Counted from the stretch's first letter, positions 52,400-63,252 are shown. The stretch: 64,000 nt of DNA from Candidatus Moraniibacteriota bacterium (GCA_049287005.1 JBAQEZ010000003.1:693143-757142), one strand, 5' to 3'. Made by a program: numbers and translations. Notes: generated by a model from the letters alone, not told the origin.

Positions 52400-54577
52400 T
52401 TACTTGGTAGCGCCGAAAACCATCCCGGCAAAGACGTCGGTTCTAAGATCGGTGTCAAGATTCCACTGTCGACCGTACGGTAGCAGATTCCCGCTCGTCT
52501 GCCAAACCGTCCCGATGCCCTGGGGAAAAACTACGGAGGCCATGAGCTTGCTCCCCAAGGATCCGGATTGCTTCTGATACAGTACCGCATACGAGTCGGT
52601 CTCTCCTCGACGGATCTGGTCCATGTCGATCTTGAACGGCAAGCTGTAGCGATATTCGACCATCACCGACTCTTGCGGACTGACATAGACCCAGGCACCA
52701 AAAACGGTTTTTCCGGCATCCCGATAGACCCGCGTCCCGCTCTTCTCATCAATAACCAGAGAATGTTCTTCGCGATCCACATCAGCATCGGAGCGGAAAC
52801 CCAGCGCCTGATAATCGAGCGGCGCTGCCGGAAATTCCCATGTCGCTCCTTTGGCCGATAACAGCATAGAACCTTCCGGGACATAGACGCGCAGATAATC
52901 CGCGTTCACCCTGTTCCACCAATCATACTGGGTATGGCCGCCACGATGCGTACGCGTAATGGCTACCGTATCGATGATAGATCCATCCGCGCTGATTTCT
53001 GCCGTATGTTTGATAGCCTCATCAATCACGCCATCTGTTTTGTATCCGTTGATATTGGTATGGATGACACTCAGGTAATCCTTGAACGCCGGAAGGACTC
53101 GACCCGACCATCCTGCATCATCAATCAGCTTTTCTGTTGCCGGATGGCGCATATACAGGAGCATCTGTTTCTCATTCAATCCTTCCACCAGGGCGTTCGC
53201 CACCCGATAGAGCGCCGTCTTGTCCTGCAGCGCGAACGCTTTTTCCATCAACAGAGCCGTCAAGTCAGCTAATATCTTCTTAGGCTGGTTTTCTTCTTTG
53301 TCATAGTTCGTTTCCACTTGCTCTTGAATGACCGGAATGAAATTATCCGAGTCCACTACCAAGCCATACTGCGGCAGCGGAATCGGCCCAGTGACCGCGA
53401 GCAATTTCTGCATCACGGTCGGTGTCAGCGTGATCACGCCGTCTACTGTCGGGCCGCCCGTCTTTTCATAAAAGAATATCGCTTTTTCTGCCGATACGGG
53501 AAAATCAGGAAACCAATTGCTATCATGCAGACTCCAAGCCGCACTGACTTTCTGGATCGCTTTCGGTGGTACGATATTTTCTCTCAGCTGACCGTCGGGA
53601 TTGAAAATCCCATCGACAAAAAAACGTCGCACCGCGCCATTGTTCACGTCCATCAGAGCATAGCTGCCGATGAAACCCCCGGTGGCACGCATTTCTTGAT
53701 TATTCTGAAAAAGAAAAAGGTATTTGCGCGGCCCATTGCCCCCCAACAGTTCTTCGAAAAGCGTCTGGTGCTGATCGAAATTTTTGATCAATCCGATAAG
53801 CGTCGGGAGACTTTTGCGCACCAAAAGAAATTTCTCTCGCTGGTCGGAAGGAATGTGCGCGATATTGACATTTTCCAATGCCTGATTGCCAGCTTCCAAT
53901 TCGCCCACCGCTGCCCGCAGAGGAGCCCTGGTGCGAGCCAAAAAATCAAGTAATGAGATTTTTTCGCCTTGGGCATAAGCTTCCTTGGACGAAGCCAGAT
54001 CCGCTGCGATGTTCGCCAGTACCGTACCGGCCACGGCAAAATGCTTCCCCGCTTCCAAGGCGGATTTGCCTGACGCTATCTGAGAAAGTCCTGGCACGAA
54101 CCGAGTCACATCAAGCAGCGATCCGCCCCAAGCAGACAAACTCTCCGTGCCATGAGCAAATGCCTGAGAGGCATCATCAAACTGAGACACCGCTTCGCCG
54201 AAACGTTCAGCCTGGAGATTCCCTACCGCCAAGGCGAGATCCTGATAGCCGCGCTCCCCCTCTGCCACGGTCGTATTGCGTACCTCTTGAGCCACCTCTA
54301 CCAGCAACAATATCCCCGCGCCAACAACGGACACGGCAACGCCTATCAGCAACAAGCGTCGTTTTCCTGCAAAAAAAGACGCGTGCTGGTTCGTGCCATG
54401 CGATCTCGCTCTGAAAGGCACCTGCTCCGTATCGGGTGCGAGCACGCAGGGAACATCAGGCACCCGCCGCTCTTCTCTGTAGTCGCGTGCCGTATCCGGC
54501 TGCACGAAAACAGGCGATCGAGGAGCGGATCGGATATCAGAGATTTGCGAAGGCTGCCGTTTGAAAGGAGAAGACAT
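52400..54577 (-). CDS. DUF4012-domain membrane protein (paralog 2) with a cytoplasmic N-terminal extension of about 95 aa
   Basis: YLFLFQNNQEMRATGGFIGSYAL DUF4012 core after a TM segment and a coiled region. Confidence 0.7.
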   Translation of the reverse strand: MSSPFKRQPSQISDIRSAPRSPVFVQPDTARDYREERRVPDVPCVLAPDTEQVPFRARSHGTNQHASFFAGKRRLLLIGVAVSVVGAGILLLVEVAQEVRNTTVAEGERGYQDLALAVGNLQAERFGEAVSQFDDASQAFAHGTESLSAWGGSLLDVTRFVPGLSQIASGKSALEAGKHFAVAGTVLANIAADLASSKEAYAQGEKISLLDFLARTRAPLRAAVGELEAGNQALENVNIAHIPSDQREKFLLVRKSLPTLIGLIKNFDQHQTLFEELLGGNGPRKYLFLFQNNQEMRATGGFIGSYALMDVNNGAVRRFFVDGIFNPDGQLRENIVPPKAIQKVSAAWSLHDSNWFPDFPVSAEKAIFFYEKTGGPTVDGVITLTPTVMQKLLAVTGPIPLPQYGLVVDSDNFIPVIQEQVETNYDKEENQPKKILADLTALLMEKAFALQDKTALYRVANALVEGLNEKQMLLYMRHPATEKLIDDAGWSGRVLPAFKDYLSVIHTNINGYKTDGVIDEAIKHTAEISADGSIIDTVAITRTHRGGHTQYDWWNRVNADYLRVYVPEGSMLLSAKGATWEFPAAPLDYQALGFRSDADVDREEHSLVIDEKSGTRVYRDAGKTVFGAWVYVSPQESVMVEYRYSLPFKIDMDQIRRGETDSYAVLYQKQSGSLGSKLMASVVFPQGIGTVWQTSGNLLPYGRQWNLDTDLRTDVFAGMVFGATK

Positions 54578-54657
54578 AGTAGCTTATTGATTACCATAAC
54601 GAAGCGAGCGAAACGAAAATTACTTTCGTTTCCGAGCGCCGTGCCGGTAAAATCGGG

Positions 54658-55830
54658 TTATGCCTCGTTACTCTTTGCTTTTGATACTGCTCGCGTATAA
54701 AGCTTCAGCGTTTCGTCCGCCATACGCTCAAAGCTATAGCTATTGACCCGAGCGTACCCGCGCCGTGAAAATTCCTTGCGAGTTGTCTCTGAGCCCAGAA
54801 TGCCCGTGAGGGCTTTCTTCAATGATTCTACCTCATGGGCATCAAAATATGAAGCTGCTTCGCCCAGAATTTCCGGGAGCGATCCGCAAGCAGAAGAAAG
54901 TACCGGCACCCCGCGTGCCATCGCCTCGAGCGGTGGCAATCCGAATCCCTCATACAACGATGGGAACACATAGCACGTAGCGAAACGGTAGAGCGAACTT
55001 AATGCGGAATCATCGACAAACCCGGTAAAAATAATATTCCGGATGCCCTGAGCCGCTACCTCGTTTCTCAAACGCGCATAAAAATAGTCTTCTTTGCCGA
55101 CCAACATGAACGCATACGACGGAAATTGCGGGGCTATTTTCAAAAAAACTTCGAGATTTTTGTGCGGATAGGCGTTCCCTACATAGAGCAGATACGGCTT
55201 CAGTATATCATGCGCCGTGGTTTCTAGCGCATCCCGCAATAATCCGAACCGCTCGAAAAGCTGCCGTTCTTTCCCCGGAAGAGAAAACTGGCAGAAAGGA
55301 TCGGCGGCCTCATACGTCACTGATATTTTCCCTCGGGCGCTCGGATACTCGGACAATATATCCGCTTCGGTGAAATGCGAAACCGTGATGATATGCTCCG
55401 CGCGCCAGATGGCGCAAGCGACGATGAAGCGATAGAAAAAAAATTTCACTCCATAGAAAAGCCTCGAGTGCGTGGTATTTTGGAACGTCGGGTAATGCAG
55501 CAGTATCAGGTCGTGAATCGTCACCACGAATTTTTTCGGGTAAAGAAACGGAACATTGAAATGAGGGAAGTGGACAAGATCTAAACGGAAAAAAAGCAGC
55601 CGCAGCGGGAAAAAGATCTGTTCTGAAAACCCATACCACGCATACTGCGCCAATGCTTTTCTGAAGCGTCTGTTCCGCGGCACGTATTTATCATAATTTT
55701 CGCGCAACAAAAAAACAACGTATTCGTTTTCCGTATCCAAATTCTCCAAATGCTCGATGAGTTTTTCAGTGTATCGGCCGAGTCCCTTACCGATCGAACC
55801 ATAAAATCGAGCATCAATGCCTATGCGCAT
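54658..55830 (-). CDS. GT4 glycosyltransferase (MRIGIDxR class)
   Basis: [21 protein letters not shown] and [18 protein letters not shown]. Confidence 0.8.
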   Translation of the reverse strand: MRIGIDARFYGSIGKGLGRYTEKLIEHLENLDTENEYVVFLLRENYDKYVPRNRRFRKALAQYAWYGFSEQIFFPLRLLFFRLDLVHFPHFNVPFLYPKKFVVTIHDLILLHYPTFQNTTHSRLFYGVKFFFYRFIVACAIWRAEHIITVSHFTEADILSEYPSARGKISVTYEAADPFCQFSLPGKERQLFERFGLLRDALETTAHDILKPYLLYVGNAYPHKNLEVFLKIAPQFPSYAFMLVGKEDYFYARLRNEVAAQGIRNIIFTGFVDDSALSSLYRFATCYVFPSLYEGFGLPPLEAMARGVPVLSSACGSLPEILGEAASYFDAHEVESLKKALTGILGSETTRKEFSRRGYARVNSYSFERMADETLKLYTRAVSKAKSNEA

Positions 55831-55862
55831 ATCTCAGTCAGTGAAAATTGTCTCGTCAGCAT

Positions 55863-56576
55863 TTATTTTTTGCCAGCAACGGGCGGGCGTTCCGTTCCTG
55901 AAAGCACATAGCGATCCACGCAGAACAATAACAGGGCCTGCGAAGCAAGAATTTTGAACATTTCCATGTCTTCTACCTGATTGGTCGCTTTGGAAAAAAT
56001 GATAAAAGCCACTATATTCTTCGCTTGCCGCGGGGAACGGGCGACCGCGCAGTCATGATTTTCCCAAAACACTTTTTTCGGAGCCAGCAGCGTTTCCGCG
56101 TCGAAAGCAACAAACCGCGTTCCGATATTCCCTTCTATGACTTTTTCGATCTTCTTCGTCTTGATATCCACAAAACGAAGCGAGACAAACTCCGCCTTGG
56201 AGAGCAGCTGCACCGCCTGGATGATCGATTGATACGTTTCTGGCTGCCGTTGCGCCAATGCATCCGCCGTATCTTTCGGAAGATGGAAAATGAGATCTTT
56301 CACGATATCGAATTTCCGATTCATCCCGCCGATATACGAATAGGAGTCCGACAAGTCTTTGGTGATAATATGCGTTTTTTTCTGCAGATGCAGTTTTTCT
56401 TGAAAGACCCGGAGCAGCGCTTTTTCTTTCACCAAATAGAGAAAAAAAGCGAAAACACCGAAAAAGAAAATCATCAGCGATTCCATGTCTTCTTCGCGCA
56501 AGAAAAAGACCCCGTCCTGAATGATTTTCGGGGTGAGAATGATGAGAACGAACAACATGAGATAGATCCAATACAT
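55863..56576 (-). CDS. Hypothetical membrane protein (2 N-terminal TM segments plus a cytoplasmic domain)
   Basis: 237-aa ORF between a GT4 gene and galU; no family recognised. Confidence 0.45.
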   Translation of the reverse strand: MYWIYLMLFVLIILTPKIIQDGVFFLREEDMESLMIFFFGVFAFFLYLVKEKALLRVFQEKLHLQKKTHIITKDLSDSYSYIGGMNRKFDIVKDLIFHLPKDTADALAQRQPETYQSIIQAVQLLSKAEFVSLRFVDIKTKKIEKVIEGNIGTRFVAFDAETLLAPKKVFWENHDCAVARSPRQAKNIVAFIIFSKATNQVEDMEMFKILASQALLLFCVDRYVLSGTERPPVAGKK

Positions 56577-56637
56577 AGCGCGCTGTCAAAGATCAAAAAA
56601 TATACCCGTACGCGGACGCTGCCTCTCCCCGCTGGCG

Positions 56638-57525
56638 CTAGAGAGAGAGCCCCTGCAGATAAGCGCGTAGCTTTGCTCCTATTTCTGGATGCTTCAATCC
56701 GAGATGGATAGTCGTCTTCAGAAAATTGAATTTGTCCCCGGTGTCGAGCCATTCCCCTTCGAGCATTCGACCGTGTATCGGCATTCCCTTTTCGAGCATG
56801 ATATCAAAGGCATCCGCCAGACGAATCTCGCCTGATTTTCCGGATTCCATGGTGGCCAACACCTCGAATACGGCACGGGTGATGATATATTTCCCCACCG
56901 CCACCGCCCGACTCGGCGCCTCCTCCGGTTTCGGTTTTTCTACGATGTGCGTCACTTTCCAATCACGCTCATTCACTTTCTCGCCGTCAATCACACCGAA
57001 CTTCGACACGTCTTCCAATGCCACTTCCGAAAGCCCGATAATCGGCGTCCGGTATTTTTCATAGGCCTCGATCAATTGGCGTGCTGCCGGCACTTCGCTG
57101 TCATAAATGCAATCACCGAAAATAATCAGCACCGATTCGTCATCATCCACGAGATGCGCTGCCTGCAGGATGGCGTGCCCGTCGCCGAGCGGCACCGGCT
57201 GGCGCACATAGGAAAACTTGGCGAGCGTCGATATTTTTTGGACGACTTCCAGGAGATCATGCTTGTTCTTTTCCACCAGCGTGTCCTCCAACTCATAAGA
57301 AACATCGAAGTGATCCTCGATAGCGCGCTTGCCACGACCCGTCACGAAAATAATCTCTTCAATGCCCGACGCTACCGCCTCCTCGACCAGATACTGCACG
57401 ACCGGTTTGTCGACGACCGGCAGCATTTCTTTCGGCTGAGCCTTGGTGGCCGGCAAAAAACGCGTTCCAAAACCAGCAACGGGAATGATGGCTTTTTTCA
57501 CTTTTTGATGCTTGTCCGTCTGCAT
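56638..57525 (-). CDS. galU: UTP--glucose-1-phosphate uridylyltransferase
   Basis: KAIIPVAGFGTRFLPATKAQPKEMLPVVDKP. Confidence 0.85.
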   Translation of the reverse strand: MQTDKHQKVKKAIIPVAGFGTRFLPATKAQPKEMLPVVDKPVVQYLVEEAVASGIEEIIFVTGRGKRAIEDHFDVSYELEDTLVEKNKHDLLEVVQKISTLAKFSYVRQPVPLGDGHAILQAAHLVDDDESVLIIFGDCIYDSEVPAARQLIEAYEKYRTPIIGLSEVALEDVSKFGVIDGEKVNERDWKVTHIVEKPKPEEAPSRAVAVGKYIITRAVFEVLATMESGKSGEIRLADAFDIMLEKGMPIHGRMLEGEWLDTGDKFNFLKTTIHLGLKHPEIGAKLRAYLQGLSL

Positions 57526-57544
57526 ACGCTTGAGTGCTGAAAAA

Positions 57545-58339
57545 TTACTTGTTAAGAGAAACCATTTTTTTATACTCGCTATCGAACTCCACGATAGCCT
57601 CGTTCACCATGGGATGGAAACGTTCGGCGAAATGATGTTCCTTGGCAAAAATACTCGCCGCCAGGAGAGAGTCGGGTGTTCCCGTATCGAACCACGCGCC
57701 GCTTATCATACGGACATCGAGCGCCTGTTTGTCCACGTAATACTTGTGCAGATCGGTGATTTCCAATTCGCCACGAGCGGAAACCTCTAGTTGCTTGGCC
57801 GCCTCGACAACGGTAGCATCAAAGATGTAGATACCAGGAATGGCGAAGTGACTTTTTGGCTGGGTCGGTTTCTCTTCGATAGACAACACCTGATGATCAC
57901 TACCGAATTCTACCACGCCGAAACGTTCCGGGTCGGCCACTTCCTTGGCAAAAATACGCCCGCCTCTCTCAAAGGTCTCGATCGCCTCGGTAAAATCATC
58001 CTCGAAAATATTATCCCCGAGCACCAACGTTGTCGGTTCGCCATCGATGAAATCTTCCGCCAAGATGAATGCTTCCGCCAGTCCGCGCGGCTGTTTCTGT
58101 ACCATAAAAGAAATCCGCACGCCGAATTTCTCGAACATCGATCCGAGCAGATTCAAAAAATGTCCCGAGTGATCCGGCGCGACGATGATGAGGATGTCCT
58201 TTATGCCCGCCTTGATGAGCGTATTGAGCGGATAGAATATCATCGGACGATCGTATACCGGCAAAAGCTGTTTTGACGTCACCGCCGTGAGTGGCAGCAG
58301 CCTGGTGCCGGTTCCTCCGGCGAGAATGATTCCTTTCAT
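57545..58339 (-). CDS. rfbA: Glucose-1-phosphate thymidylyltransferase (short form)
   Basis: MKGIILAGGTGTRLLPLT...LGDNIF. Confidence 0.8.
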   Translation of the reverse strand: MKGIILAGGTGTRLLPLTAVTSKQLLPVYDRPMIFYPLNTLIKAGIKDILIIVAPDHSGHFLNLLGSMFEKFGVRISFMVQKQPRGLAEAFILAEDFIDGEPTTLVLGDNIFEDDFTEAIETFERGGRIFAKEVADPERFGVVEFGSDHQVLSIEEKPTQPKSHFAIPGIYIFDATVVEAAKQLEVSARGELEITDLHKYYVDKQALDVRMISGAWFDTGTPDSLLAASIFAKEHHFAERFHPMVNEAIVEFDSEYKKMVSLNK

Positions 58340-58398
58340 AGTTGAGCTTCTTAGCTGGTAGCTTCATGAGCTTGTTGAACTCGTGAAGATAACGCGAA

Positions 58399-59640
58399 TT
58401 ACTTATACACGGGAAAGCGCGCGCACAGCACCTTCACTTCCTTGCGGATACTGGCGAGCACCTTCTTGTTCCCCTGCGAGCGAAAGGCTTCGTCGATCCA
58501 ACCGGCAATGATCTTCGTTTCTTTTTCTTTCAATCCGCGCGTGGTGATGGCTGGCACACCGATACGCACACCGCTGGGATCAAGTGGCCCGCGCGGATCA
58601 TCCGGGATGACATTCTTATTGATCGTGATGCCCGCTTCGTCCAACCAGTGCTCCGCGTCCTTCCCGGTAATCCCGTAGCTCTTCATGGTATCAATGACGA
58701 TCATGTGATTCTCCGTGCCACCGAACAGGATCTCTGCCCCGCGCTTCGTCAATTCCTTCTCGAGCGTTTTCGCGTTCTTGAGAATCTGTTTGGCATATTT
58801 TTTGAAATCCGGCCGGAGCGCTTCGCCGAAGGCTACCGCCTTGGCAGCGATGACATGCATATGTGGGCCACCCTGCGTGCCCGGGAACACCGCCTTGTCA
58901 ATGGCTTGCGCGAAACCCTTGCGACACAAGATGAGACCACCGCGAGGACCACGGAGCGTTTTGTGGGTTGTCGCCGTCACGATATCGAAATATGCTACCG
59001 GATTGGGCAGCGCTTTGCCGGCGACCAGGCCGGCGATGTGCGCCATATCCATCATCGTCAGAGCGCCAACTTTTTTGGCAATCGCCACGAATTTCACGTA
59101 ATCGATCTGCCGCGTATACGAAGAAAATCCCGCCAACATCAGCTTCGGCCTTTCTTTTTTCGCCAAGGTTTCCAGTTTTTTGTAATCGATCATCCCATCC
59201 GCTTCCGTCTTATAGCGCACGAAGTTATAGATCTTGGCCGGCAAGGTCACCGGATGCCCATGCGTCAGATGTCCACCATGCGACAAATCCATGCCGAGTA
59301 CCGTGTCACCCGGCACAAGCAGCGCCGCATAGACCGCGAGGTTGGCCTGCGCGCCCGAGTGCGGCTGGACATTGGCGTGTTCTGCACCGAATAATTTCTT
59401 CACCCGCTCGATGGCCAATGTTTCAACGACATCCGTCCATTCCTGACCACCGTAATAGCGCCGACCCGGATACCCTTCGGAATATTTGTTCGTGAACACC
59501 GTCCCGAGCGCCTCAAGCACCGCCCTGGAAACATAGTTCTCTGACGCGATCATCTCAAGTCCTTCTTCCTGGCGCTTCTCCTCTCCTTGCACGGCAGCAA
59601 ACACCGCCCTATCTGACTTTTTCAGCAGATCCTGTTTCAT
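58399..59640 (-). CDS. glyA: Serine hydroxymethyltransferase
   Basis: [12 protein letters not shown] site [12 protein letters not shown]. Confidence 0.9.
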   Translation of the reverse strand: MKQDLLKKSDRAVFAAVQGEEKRQEEGLEMIASENYVSRAVLEALGTVFTNKYSEGYPGRRYYGGQEWTDVVETLAIERVKKLFGAEHANVQPHSGAQANLAVYAALLVPGDTVLGMDLSHGGHLTHGHPVTLPAKIYNFVRYKTEADGMIDYKKLETLAKKERPKLMLAGFSSYTRQIDYVKFVAIAKKVGALTMMDMAHIAGLVAGKALPNPVAYFDIVTATTHKTLRGPRGGLILCRKGFAQAIDKAVFPGTQGGPHMHVIAAKAVAFGEALRPDFKKYAKQILKNAKTLEKELTKRGAEILFGGTENHMIVIDTMKSYGITGKDAEHWLDEAGITINKNVIPDDPRGPLDPSGVRIGVPAITTRGLKEKETKIIAGWIDEAFRSQGNKKVLASIRKEVKVLCARFPVYK

Positions 59641-59755
59641 AATGAAGTATGGTTAGAATATTTCTATCGTACCAGAAAATCACCCTTTCCGCACCATTGA
59701 CAAAAACATGAAAAAGGTGTATAATGGCGATTGTGTTTCAATCGGAAAACCATCC

Positions 59756-60706
59756 CTAGCGGATGGTTTTTTCTTTCTGCAAAAACTCTTCCAGAGCCTC
59801 CGTATAGGGACGGAGCGCGCTCCGTTTGGTATTCACAAGAATGGAACAATGCGGACGTTGAGCGAGTCTCGGAAACGTATCACCGCTCACTGGTTTGACC
59901 ACGATATCTTTCTTTGCCAAACGAAACAGTTCTCGCGCTGCTACATACCACGTCACCCCGCCGCTATTCGCCAAATGATAGATGCCATACGGAGCGCTCT
60001 CTTCCAAGAGCGTTTTCGTCGCCTGCGCCAGATCTGGCGCGTAGGTGAAACAGCTTTGTTCATCATCCACAACCGAAACTTCTTTTTGTCCTTCTGCCGC
60101 TTCCAACATTTTCTCGAAAAAACTTTTTTTGGCCGCTGCGCTCGTTGCCGCCTTACCGAAAAGCTTCGAGAGACGGATCAGGTAATATTTTTCAGCCTCT
60201 CTACGCACGCCCTGCTCTCCCTGATATTTGCTCATCCCATACCGCGAAAGCGGGTTCGGGAGAGACTCCTCATCATAGCCCTGTTCCGCCCCGCCATGAC
60301 AGTTGCCTCCGCAGCAACTCCCTGAAGCGCAACCGCCTGATTCTTTGTTTTCTGCTTCCAAAACACCATCAAAAACATAATCCGTCGAATAGTGGACCAG
60401 CACCGCGCCCAGCGCTTTCGCCACGCACGCCAGAAACTTCGGCACTTCCGTATTGAGGAGGAGGGCTTTCTCATATTCCTCATCATTCTCCTCGCAGGCG
60501 TCTACTGCATTGTAGGCGACGGCATTCAAAAGAATCTGAGGCTTATAGGCTCGGATCTTCTCTTCGGCGGCCACAAAATCCGTCACATCGATATCTTCAA
60601 AATCCCATCCTGTTACTGTATATTGTTCATCTGAAGAAAAAGCTCTGACGAGCTCCTGTCCCAGCATCCCCTCTGCCCCCAAAATCAACACTTTCTTTTT
60701 TTCCAT
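59756..60706 (-). CDS. rfbD: dTDP-4-dehydrorhamnose reductase carrying a Cys/Gly-rich insertion of about 30 aa
   Basis: KVLILGAEGMLG Rossmann N-terminus and YSTDYVFDG...PNPLSRYGMSK, interrupted by ESGGCASGSCCGGNCHGGAEQGYDEES. Confidence 0.75.
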   Translation of the reverse strand: MEKKKVLILGAEGMLGQELVRAFSSDEQYTVTGWDFEDIDVTDFVAAEEKIRAYKPQILLNAVAYNAVDACEENDEEYEKALLLNTEVPKFLACVAKALGAVLVHYSTDYVFDGVLEAENKESGGCASGSCCGGNCHGGAEQGYDEESLPNPLSRYGMSKYQGEQGVRREAEKYYLIRLSKLFGKAATSAAAKKSFFEKMLEAAEGQKEVSVVDDEQSCFTYAPDLAQATKTLLEESAPYGIYHLANSGGVTWYVAARELFRLAKKDIVVKPVSGDTFPRLAQRPHCSILVNTKRSALRPYTEALEEFLQKEKTIR

Positions 60707-60770
60707 ACTTTCAACATTTAAAATAGCAGATCAAGAAGTTCCCTCATTACTATACCTATATCAATATCAA

Positions 60771-60799
60771 TTGACAATCGGGCTTTAAATTGATAAAAG
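60771..60799 (+). promoter_or_regulatory. Candidate promoter (TTGACA-17-TAAAAG) for the small plus-strand membrane ORF
   Basis: aTTGACAatcgggctttaaattgaTAAAAGgaagg. Confidence 0.35.
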
Positions 60800-60829
60800 G
60801 AAGGAAACAACCACCAAGGAGGAACCCTC

Positions 60830-61069
60830 ATGCTTGGATATTTCAATCGCAACACCACGGTTCTCGCAATCCCCATGAAGCGCTGGCAGATTCCTTTCCT
60901 CTGGGGTTTTTCCGCTGTTCTTTACCTCATCGCCGTTGCCATTGCCATCATCTTCATAATCGTTGCCATCATCACGATCCTTCCCCTGCTCGTTTTCAGC
61001 CCCCGCTTCAGAAGGTGGCTGCGCGACGGCGATATCGTGGATGGCATCTCCAATGCTCTTGGGTGGTAA
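60830..61069 (+). CDS. Small membrane protein (79 aa, 2 TM), antisense-embedded between rfbD and rfbB
   Basis: Perfect AAGGAGG Shine-Dalgarno 7 nt upstream; strongly hydrophobic core; intrinsic terminator downstream. Confidence 0.55.
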   Translation: MLGYFNRNTTVLAIPMKRWQIPFLWGFSAVLYLIAVAIAIIFIIVAIITILPLLVFSPRFRRWLRDGDIVDGISNALGW

Positions 61070-61091
61070 GAAACACCCATGCGACAGAAAG

Positions 61092-61122
61092 GCCCTCGAC
61101 GCAACGCGATTGAGGGCTTTTT
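61092..61122 (+). terminator. Intrinsic terminator (gccctc/gagggc plus U5)
   Basis: ggccctcgacgcaacgcgattgagggcttttt. Confidence 0.55.
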
Positions 61123-61131
61123 CATACCTCA

Positions 61132-62136
61132 TCACCGTTTTCCATACTGCTTGGCATAATATTTTTGATATGCTCCAGACTTCACATTTTTCCACCAAGC
61201 TTCATTTTCTTTAAACCACTCAACGGTTTTTTGCAGACCTTCCTCAAGCGTCACTTCCAGCTTCCAGCCGAGCTCGCGCTCAATTTTGGAATAATTAATG
61301 GCATAGCGGCGGTCATGACCAGCCCGATCCTTCACGTATTCGATCATGCTCTCATCTTTTCCAAGCAGCGTGAGAATTTTCTTCACGATCCAGATATTTT
61401 CCCGTTCGCTCCCTCCGCCGATGCAATAGGTCTCCCCCAGCTTGCCCTGATGCAGAATAAGGTCGATAGCTTTACAATGATCTTCGACATACAGCCAATC
61501 GCGCACTTGCAGCCCGTCGCCATAGACCGGGACTTTTTTTCCTTCCAGCAGGTTCGTAATCGCAAGCGGAATGAGTTTTTCCGGAAAATGATAGGGTCCG
61601 TAATTATTGGAACAATTGGAAATAGTGATAGGCAGTCCATAGGTATGGAAATACGCGCGCACCAAATGATCAGAGGCTGCCTTCGAAGCGCTGTAGGGAC
61701 TGCGCGGATCATACGGCGTCGCTTCATCAAACGGAGCGTCATCGGCACCGAGCGCACCGAACACTTCGTCCGTCGAAATATGATGGAAACGCTTGCCGTG
61801 CTTGCGCGCTGCCTCGAGCAACACGAACGTCCCCCGAATATTGGTATCGATAAAAACATCCGGTTCCGCGATAGAGCGATCGACATGCGATTCGGCCGCG
61901 AAATGCACCACTATATCGGATGCTGCCACGAGGGGTTCGGCCAAGGCGGCGTCCGTCACGCTCCCTTTGACGAAACGATAGCGCGCATCGCTTTCCCATG
62001 CCTGCAGATTTTCCAGATTTCCGGCGTACGTCAAAGCGTCCAGATTGACCACTTGATAATCAGGATATTTCTTTAGGATATGGCGGATGAAATTCGACCC
62101 GATAAATCCCGCCCCGCCTGTGACCAATAGCTTCAT
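61132..62136 (-). CDS. rfbB: dTDP-glucose 4,6-dehydratase
   Basis: [16 protein letters not shown]..., [15 protein letters not shown] (YxxxK). Confidence 0.9.
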   Translation of the reverse strand: MKLLVTGGAGFIGSNFIRHILKKYPDYQVVNLDALTYAGNLENLQAWESDARYRFVKGSVTDAALAEPLVAASDIVVHFAAESHVDRSIAEPDVFIDTNIRGTFVLLEAARKHGKRFHHISTDEVFGALGADDAPFDEATPYDPRSPYSASKAASDHLVRAYFHTYGLPITISNCSNNYGPYHFPEKLIPLAITNLLEGKKVPVYGDGLQVRDWLYVEDHCKAIDLILHQGKLGETYCIGGGSERENIWIVKKILTLLGKDESMIEYVKDRAGHDRRYAINYSKIERELGWKLEVTLEEGLQKTVEWFKENEAWWKNVKSGAYQKYYAKQYGKR

Positions 62137-62231
62137 AAGAACTATGAATTTTAAATTATGAATTTTGAATCAATTTCGAATTTTAGAATTTGCGATTTTT
62201 TAAACGTTCACTCAAAATTCAAACTTCAAAA

Positions 62232-62792
62232 TTAAGAATTGGAGCGAGATTCCTCAGTGATCTTCGCAAGCAATGGATGTTTTTGATCTTTTTCTGAAAC
62301 AATCGGGCTTTCTACTTTCCAATCGATATCCAGAGCCGGATCATTCCACAAGACGCCCCGTTCGTGTTCCTGGGAATAGACATGTGTGCATTTGTAGGAA
62401 AACAATGCGCTGTCACTCAGTACCGCAAAGCCATGTGCGAAACCGACCGGAATAAAAAGCTGCTTATGATTCTCTGCTGAGAGCTCTACCGCCACGTGCT
62501 GACCGAAAGTCGGTGATCCGAAGCGGATATCCACTGCCACATCCAGTACCTTGCCCTGGAGTACCTGCACCAGCTTGGCCTGGCCGAAGGGCGACGCCTG
62601 ATAATGTAGGCCGCGCAACACGCCTTTTTTTGACCAAGAAAGATTGTCCTGCACGAAACGCTCCGCCGCCAGGCCCAGCAACTCCTGATAGCGCTGCTCC
62701 CGGAATGTCTCCATGAACAACCCGCGCTCATCCGTGAACACGTCCGGCTCGATAATCATCACTCCCTCCAAAATGGTTTTTCCTGTATGCAT
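62232..62792 (-). CDS. rfbC: dTDP-4-dehydrorhamnose 3,5-epimerase
   Basis: ILEGVMIIEPDVFTDERGLFMETF, GLHYQ. The ATG at 62790-62792 (MHTGK) avoids an overlap with the KH gene. Confidence 0.85.
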   Translation of the reverse strand: MHTGKTILEGVMIIEPDVFTDERGLFMETFREQRYQELLGLAAERFVQDNLSWSKKGVLRGLHYQASPFGQAKLVQVLQGKVLDVAVDIRFGSPTFGQHVAVELSAENHKQLFIPVGFAHGFAVLSDSALFSYKCTHVYSQEHERGVLWNDPALDIDWKVESPIVSEKDQKHPLLAKITEESRSNS

Positions 62793-62871
62793 ACATTCCA
62801 TTGTAAAATATCCTCGCAATAAAAGCAAAAACCACCCAAGAGACGGGCGGCTTTTTGATTTCACAGGATGG

Positions 62872-63252
62872 CTAGATTTGAATATCATTCATCACGTCGT
62901 CGAGCGTCTTCTTCTCTTCCGGTGCGGCAGGGGCGCTCTCATGGACTTCGCGTACCACTTCACGTGATTCGCGAGGCTCACGCGGCGGCCGTTCCGAACC
63001 TTCCGGTTCATTGATTTTCAGATTGACTCGGGCATTGTTGCGAGCCCCGATCACCCGCAGCAGCGTGCGGAGAGCCTTGGCGGTCATGCCTTCGCGACCG
63101 ATCACCATCCCCATATCTTTGGGATTCACATCCAGCGTAATGAGTACCCCCATCTCATCGATCTTTCTTTCCACCTTCACATCGTCCGGATTATCCACGA
63201 GCATCTTCACGGCATACTCGATGAAATCCCTATCCTTCACATTGTCTGTCAT
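62872..63252 (-). CDS. KH-domain RNA-binding protein (KhpA-like) with a charged, disordered C-terminal tail
   Basis: MGMVIGREGMTAKALRTLLRVIG KH motif; the tail is rich in R/E/P. Confidence 0.65.
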   Translation of the reverse strand: MTDNVKDRDFIEYAVKMLVDNPDDVKVERKIDEMGVLITLDVNPKDMGMVIGREGMTAKALRTLLRVIGARNNARVNLKINEPEGSERPPREPRESREVVREVHESAPAAPEEKKTLDDVMNDIQI

